From assembly GCA_965250005.1 (NCBI GenBank), contig OZ252279.1:1500001-1532000 (forward strand): a stretch of DNA of 32,000 bases, written 5' to 3'. Below are positions 28,114 to 32,000 of the stretch, piece by piece. Positions within the stretch are counted from its first letter, which is position 1. The number at the start of each line of letters is the position of its first letter. The translations under genes were made by a program, and so were the position numbers. The stretch is from Demequinaceae bacterium. GTDB taxonomy: Bacteria; Actinomycetota; Actinomycetes; Actinomycetales; Demequinaceae. The notes beneath the pieces were generated by a model. The model searched no databases, was not told where the DNA came from, and was given only the letters and a program-made list of their open reading frames with translations.

Positions 28114-28649
28114 TTGCCGACGAGGGTGCCGGGCGCCGCGCGGCGGCGGGCCTTGGGCGCGCGCGCGGGCCCATAGTCGTTGGGCTCGGCAGCCCCGGTC
28201 GCGGCGACGACGCCATCGGCTCCACTGTTGCCGCCGCCATAGCGCGGCTCAAACTTGTAGACGTCGAAGTGGTCACCAACGAAGACCCGACTGCCCTAGT
28301 CCACCTGTGGGACGGGACGCGATTCGCGGTGGTGATCGACGCGATTATGTCGTCTCGGCGACCCGGAGCGCTCGTGGTGACGGAAGTCGGCAAGGGCCGC
28401 CCGCCGCTCCCCGAATCGTCATGGGGGAAGACGGGCCGGGGCGGGACGCACGCGTTCGGGCTCGCGGCTGCGGTTGAACTATCTCGCTCTCTGGATTGCC
28501 TGCCCCACCGGGTGGTGCTTGTAGGCGTCGAAGCGAAGAGTTTCGAGCACGGAAGTCCCATGACGCCGCGTGTTGAGTCGGCGGTTTCGGGGGCCGTGGA
28601 ACGCGTGCTTCAGGCGCTGGCGGGCGCGTCCGTCGGGAGCGACGCCTAA
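28110..28649 (+). CDS. Hydrogenase maturation protease (HyaD/HybD family)
   Basis: IVVGLGSPGRGDDAIGSTVAAAI, FAVVIDAIMSS and GGTHAFGLAAAVELSR correspond to the GxGN/S..DDxxG, D and H metal-ligand regions. GTG start overlaps the large-subunit TGA. Confidence 0.9.
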   Translation: MIADEGAGRRAAAGLGRARGPIVVGLGSPGRGDDAIGSTVAAAIARLKLVDVEVVTNEDPTALVHLWDGTRFAVVIDAIMSSRRPGALVVTEVGKGRPPLPESSWGKTGRGGTHAFGLAAAVELSRSLDCLPHRVVLVGVEAKSFEHGSPMTPRVESAVSGAVERVLQALAGASVGSDA

Positions 28650-28900
28650 TGTGCTTGGGCGAGGTGTGCGAGGTCCGCGAGGTCAGCGCCGACGGGTCCG
28701 TGTTCGTTCGCGGCACGTACCGGGACCAGGTTGTCCAACTCATGACGCTGCCGGGCGACGCCGCGACCCCAACGGTCAAGGTTGGCGACTGGCTAGTGGT
28801 GCATGCAGGCTTCGCGATCGGGAAGCTCACACCGGAAGAAGCCAAGGACGCGTTAGACATCCGCAGTACTCAAACCCCTTGCGAGGAGGAAGCACAATGA
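28649..28900 (+). CDS. hypC: HypC/HybG/HupF-family hydrogenase assembly chaperone-like protein
   Basis: MCLGEVCEVREVSADGSVFVRGTYRDQVVQLMTLPGDAATPTVKVGDWLVVHAGFAIGKL; N-terminal MC(L)G plus VGDWLVVHAGFAI is diagnostic. TAATG overlap. Confidence 0.9.
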   Translation: MCLGEVCEVREVSADGSVFVRGTYRDQVVQLMTLPGDAATPTVKVGDWLVVHAGFAIGKLTPEEAKDALDIRSTQTPCEEEAQ

Positions 28901-29832
28901 CCGGTACCAGGAGAAAAGGCATAATGTTGGCGCTTGCCACGGCCTGCATCAGCGGGTTCGCGATCTTCCTCAACGGAAACGGAGTTCGGGCCTTCGGGAG
29001 CCCTGCTAGCTACACCACGGCGAAGAATGCTGTGGCGGCGCTGGCTTTGATCCTGATCGTCGCGGCCACGTATCGCGCAGGCACACGGCTGACCAAACCG
29101 TCAGGCGCCCGCCAGTGGATTGGAGTGAGTTCTGTTGCGGTGATCGGCGGCGCGGTGCCATTCGTGCTGTTCTTCGAAGGACTCGCGCGGGCGTCATCCA
29201 CCCAGGCTGCGGTGGTCCACAAGAGCCTGGTGATCTGGGTGGCTCTGCTCGCTGTGGTGTTGCTTCGGGAAAAACTCAAGTGGCCCCATTTCTTGGCCAT
29301 CGGGTCAATTGTCGCTGCGCAGATTGGGCTCGCTGGCGGCGTGGGCAACCTTGCGGCGCTCGCCATCGACACCGGTGTGTTGATGATCTTGGGCGCGACG
29401 CTGTTGTGGTCAGTCGAGGTAATCGTGGCCAAGCGCCTGTTGAAGACCCTCACGCCTTGGACTCTGTCGATAGCCCGCATGGGAGGCGGTGCCGTGGTGC
29501 TGCTGGCATGGTCGGCTGCGCAGGGTGCGCTTGGCTCCGTCGTTCCGTCAACATTGGCGCAGTGGGGGTGGGTGCTGCTGACCGGCCTCCTGCTCGCGGG
29601 CTACGTCATGACATGGCACCACGCGCTCGCGAGTGCGCAGGCCGTTGATGTGACGGCCGTCCTTGTGGTTGGGGTGCTCATTACCGCAGCCCTCAATGGC
29701 GTTTTCAAGGGAGCCGATGTGGCGGCCCAGTTGCCGTCTTACTCCCTCATATTTGTGGCTGGCGCACTCCTGGTTTGGAACGGACTTCGCCCTCCCGTCG
29801 CGCTGTCTCCCGTACAACGGACGCCCGCCTAG
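28897..29832 (+). CDS. EamA/DMT-superfamily transporter
   Basis: About 10 TM segments in two halves; VVHKSLVIWVALLAVVLLREKLKWPHFLAIGSIVAAQIGL is the typical EamA repeat end. ATGA overlap with hypC. Confidence 0.85.
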   Translation: MTGTRRKGIMLALATACISGFAIFLNGNGVRAFGSPASYTTAKNAVAALALILIVAATYRAGTRLTKPSGARQWIGVSSVAVIGGAVPFVLFFEGLARASSTQAAVVHKSLVIWVALLAVVLLREKLKWPHFLAIGSIVAAQIGLAGGVGNLAALAIDTGVLMILGATLLWSVEVIVAKRLLKTLTPWTLSIARMGGGAVVLLAWSAAQGALGSVVPSTLAQWGWVLLTGLLLAGYVMTWHHALASAQAVDVTAVLVVGVLITAALNGVFKGADVAAQLPSYSLIFVAGALLVWNGLRPPVALSPVQRTPA

Positions 29833-29841
29833 GGGTGCGCG

Positions 29842-30603
29842 ATGACCACCGACGTACTCAGGTTCAGCCGGTACGCGTACCCTCCGAACGCGCTCGGGTA
29901 TTGCGGGCCGGATCACCCGCAGCAGATCCTCGAGCAGGTGTCCGCTGGAGAGGCGGATCACGAGCTGCGATGCCTAGCTCAAGGCTTCGAGGGCGCATGG
30001 CCCTATTTGGAGCTCATCGCGGGCGCGAACGGCATTGCGGACCCACTGGACGACCGGGTGGTTGAGGCCTACTGGATCGGCAATGGGTTACTCGATCGAG
30101 TGGGCGCCACGTTGATGGGTAACTCCATGGAGGATCGCTTCAAGCGGCGCGCGGGGCCAGCCTGGAAAAGGCTGATCGAGGCGGTGCCTGCGGGTGCGGT
30201 GCCACATCACTCGTTTCACGTTTTTGGCGTCTATCCCTGGCTTGGATTGCTGCGCGAGGGTGGACGGGCAGAGCCCCTCAAGGTACTTGATCAATGCCGG
30301 ATTCGCTGGGGACAAGTGATCGAGATCATGGGCGACCGTGCGCTGGTGCGTTCGCGTCCGCTCGCGTGGGACGGACGTCAGTTGACCGTGGGACCTGCAA
30401 AGTTGGAGAAGGCAGTGCTGGGAATGGGTGGACACAGTCTGGCCGGGATGCCCGCGCCCGGCGACTGGGTGTCGCTGCATTGGGATTGGGTGTGCGAGCG
30501 CATCAACGCGGTGCAACTCATCAACTTGCGCGATTACACGATGAGCCAGCTCGCCTGCATCAATTCCCTGGCCTTCTCGGCGCCCGCGACAGTGCTTTCG
30601 TAA
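29842..30603 (+). CDS. DUF6390-like conserved protein of a hydrogenase locus
   Basis: 253 aa soluble protein: RFSRYAYPPNALGYCGPDHPQQILEQV...FHVFGVYPWLGLLREG...WDWVCERINAVQLINLRDYTMSQLACIN. Starts 9 nt after the EamA stop. Confidence 0.75.
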   Translation: MTTDVLRFSRYAYPPNALGYCGPDHPQQILEQVSAGEADHELRCLAQGFEGAWPYLELIAGANGIADPLDDRVVEAYWIGNGLLDRVGATLMGNSMEDRFKRRAGPAWKRLIEAVPAGAVPHHSFHVFGVYPWLGLLREGGRAEPLKVLDQCRIRWGQVIEIMGDRALVRSRPLAWDGRQLTVGPAKLEKAVLGMGGHSLAGMPAPGDWVSLHWDWVCERINAVQLINLRDYTMSQLACINSLAFSAPATVLS

Positions 30604-30628
30604 ACGGATCACAACCTAAGGAGCAACC

Positions 30629-30919
30629 ATGCATGACCCTCATGAAGCCCTCAGCACCGCGGCGGTGGTGGGCACGAGCATGCTCGCGATTGGCGGCGTC
30701 GGAGCAGTCCTGCGCTACGCCACCGCCAAGGGTGTCAGGATCCCAGTCCTGCTTGCAGGATCGACCGGCGCTGGTCTTCTTGTCGCGCACGGCCTCGAAG
30801 CGCCGATACTCGGAGCGGAAATTTTCTCCGTCGCGGGCCTCGCGATAGTAGCCTCATCCGCGGTCGCGCTCACTTGGTTGTCTCTCCCCTCGCGTAGATT
30901 GAGCCGCGCGGGTGCGTAA
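30629..30919 (+). CDS. Small membrane protein (96 aa) of unknown function, last gene of the hydrogenase operon
   Basis: AAGGAG upstream. Three hydrophobic segments (AAVVGTSMLAIGGVGAVL; IPVLLAGSTGAGLLVAHGL; IFSVAGLAIVASSAVALTWL). 25-nt gap after the preceding gene. Confidence 0.65.
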   Translation: MHDPHEALSTAAVVGTSMLAIGGVGAVLRYATAKGVRIPVLLAGSTGAGLLVAHGLEAPILGAEIFSVAGLAIVASSAVALTWLSLPSRRLSRAGA

Positions 30920-30959
30920 CCGCTACGTGGGCGGGTGACGAAAGCGCGCCGGGCAAGCA

Positions 30960-30988
30960 AAAAGGCCCGGCTCCTGCGCGCCGGGCCC
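30960..30988 (-). terminator. Rho-independent terminator for the leftward DsrC/DsrE2 unit
   Basis: 8-bp perfect stem GGCCCGGC (30965-30972) / GCCGGGCC (30981-30988), followed in the minus direction by TTTTT (complement of AAAAA 30960-30964). Confidence 0.8.
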
Positions 30989-31005
30989 CTCGCTAGAAAG
31001 TTGCG

Positions 31006-31551
31006 CTAGATGAACAGCGTCTGCGCGTCTACTGACAGATCCATGAAGTCGGCCGCCGTGATGATGTCTTCGACGTCATCGCGCAGGTCGTTCATGCCAA
31101 GCCCCTGCATGTCGGCACTCATCTGGCAGCCCCACAATCGTCCACCTGCGGCCGTGATCTGATCGAGGAAGTCTGGGACGGGCGGGATACCTAGGTCCGA
31201 AATAGACTTCTCCATCATCTTGGTTGCCATGGGCTGCATGCCCGGCCAACCCGCCATCCATTGAGGGAAGCGGATGTCTCCCACAGGGAGATGCATCGCG
31301 GTGTTGCCCACGGGCGTGAACTTGAGGTTGTGCTGCCTCTTCTTGTGAATGAGGTCGAAGCCCCAGAAGGTGAAGAAGATCTCGACGTCGATGCCCTCGA
31401 CCAGTGCGGCGTTACCGAGCACCAGGCCCGGGTACGCCATGTCCAAGTTGCCCTTGGAGCAGATGAGAACGAGTTTGCGGTCGCCCCCGTCGTCTCCGAA
31501 GTCAGGGACAATCGTCTTGGTCTTCGGCTTGCTTGCTGTTGCAGTTGCCAT
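31006..31551 (-). CDS. DsrE2/DrsE_2-like (peroxiredoxin-like/DsrE/DsrF) sulfur-relay protein
   Basis: RKLVLICSKGNLDMAYPGLVLGNAALVEGIDVEIFFTFWGFDLI and GGRLWGCQMSADMQGLGMNDL (conserved Cys in the CQMS motif). ATG at 31551. Confidence 0.85.
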   Translation of the reverse strand: MATATASKPKTKTIVPDFGDDGGDRKLVLICSKGNLDMAYPGLVLGNAALVEGIDVEIFFTFWGFDLIHKKRQHNLKFTPVGNTAMHLPVGDIRFPQWMAGWPGMQPMATKMMEKSISDLGIPPVPDFLDQITAAGGRLWGCQMSADMQGLGMNDLRDDVEDIITAADFMDLSVDAQTLFI

Positions 31552-31567
31552 GGTTTCCTCTCGTGGC

Positions 31568-31882
31568 TCAGACGCAGCCGGCTGGCTTGGGCAGTCCTGC
31601 GACGTACGCCATCTTCTTGGCGGGCTTCTTGGGGAACAGTTCAAACTGGAGCTTGACGGGGAAGCCGCCAACGGTGTTGACGCGACGTGTGGTGGCGGTC
31701 GCACCCTGGGCCTTGTAGTCGTCGCGCAGGAAGTGAATTAGGTCCCACGCCTGCTCGTTCAACTCGATGCCGATCTGTGAGGCGAGTTCAGCGCCCAGCT
31801 CGTCGTCCCATTCGTCGTACTCGGTGAGGAACCCCTCATCGTCTACGTGGACCTCGCGGCCCTTGAGTGTTGTCGTGGCCAT
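31568..31882 (-). CDS. TusE/DsrC family sulfurtransferase-like protein
   Basis: VDDEGFLTEYDEWDDELGAELA...ELNEQAWDLIHFLRDDY...GGFPVKLQFELFPKKPAKKMAYVAGLPKPAGCV; penultimate cysteine in the GLPKPxGCV tail. Confidence 0.93.
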   Translation of the reverse strand: MATTTLKGREVHVDDEGFLTEYDEWDDELGAELASQIGIELNEQAWDLIHFLRDDYKAQGATATTRRVNTVGGFPVKLQFELFPKKPAKKMAYVAGLPKPAGCV

Positions 31883-31895
31883 GATGTGTCCTTTC

Positions 31896-32000
31896 TCAGG
31901 CCGGGGTGGATTCTTTGGACTTTGCCCGTGTGGGTTGCCGCTTGCCCTTCATGGACATGTGTGGAGACATAGGGATGTAGCGCCCTGGGAGCAACAGCGC
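31896..32000 (-). CDS. C-terminal end of another leftward CDS running off the window
   Basis: Open minus-strand frame from the window edge: ...ALLLPGRYIPMSPHMSMKGKRQPTRAKSKESTPA*, stop at 31896-31898, 13 nt upstream of the DsrC/TusE start. Confidence 0.45.
   Translation of the reverse strand, partial: ALLLPGRYIPMSPHMSMKGKRQPTRAKSKESTPA

Noticed and set aside
1-32000. CRISPR arrays, toxin-antitoxin pairs, phage or anti-phage defence genes
   Set aside because: No regularly spaced repeats, Cas, RM, TA or phage structural motifs were recognised. The only mobile-element signal is the IS3 end at the left edge.

Overview
High-GC, actinobacterial-looking chromosomal window. From left to right it contains: (1) the right end of an IS3-family insertion sequence (~1-1004) with a DDE transposase; (2) a small orphan lipoprotein; (3) metE; (4) an MFS transporter and another small lipoprotein; (5) a giant 2323-aa secreted/surface protein with about 14 DUF11-like repeats and a possible non-canonical cell-wall sorting signal; (6) a CPA2-type cation:proton antiporter with a TrkA-C-type regulatory subunit; (7) an aminoglycoside-phosphotransferase-like protein with an eroded catalytic loop; (8) two adjacent DUF6174-like domains separated only by an in-frame TGA; (9) a DUF937 protein with a 69-bp tandem repeat; (10) a quinone oxidoreductase/zinc-type ADH, small hypotheticals, an FAD monooxygenase and a second phosphotransferase. 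The most interesting block is 23.4-32.0 kb. It is a tightly coupled group 3b-like bidirectional [NiFe]-hydrogenase ('sulfhydrogenase') operon: HydB-like Fe-S subunit, stand-alone cyclic-nucleotide-binding-fold protein, HydG-like FAD/NAD(P) subunit, small subunit, large subunit, maturation protease, HypC-like protein, EamA/DMT transporter, DUF6390-like protein and a small membrane protein. It faces a convergent DsrC/TusE-like plus DsrE2-like sulfur-carrier pair across a short terminator region. That arrangement is the best candidate for a partly uncharacterised hydrogenase/sulfur-relay system. No CRISPR array, rRNA or convincing tRNA was seen. All family calls are by eye from motifs; no database search was run.
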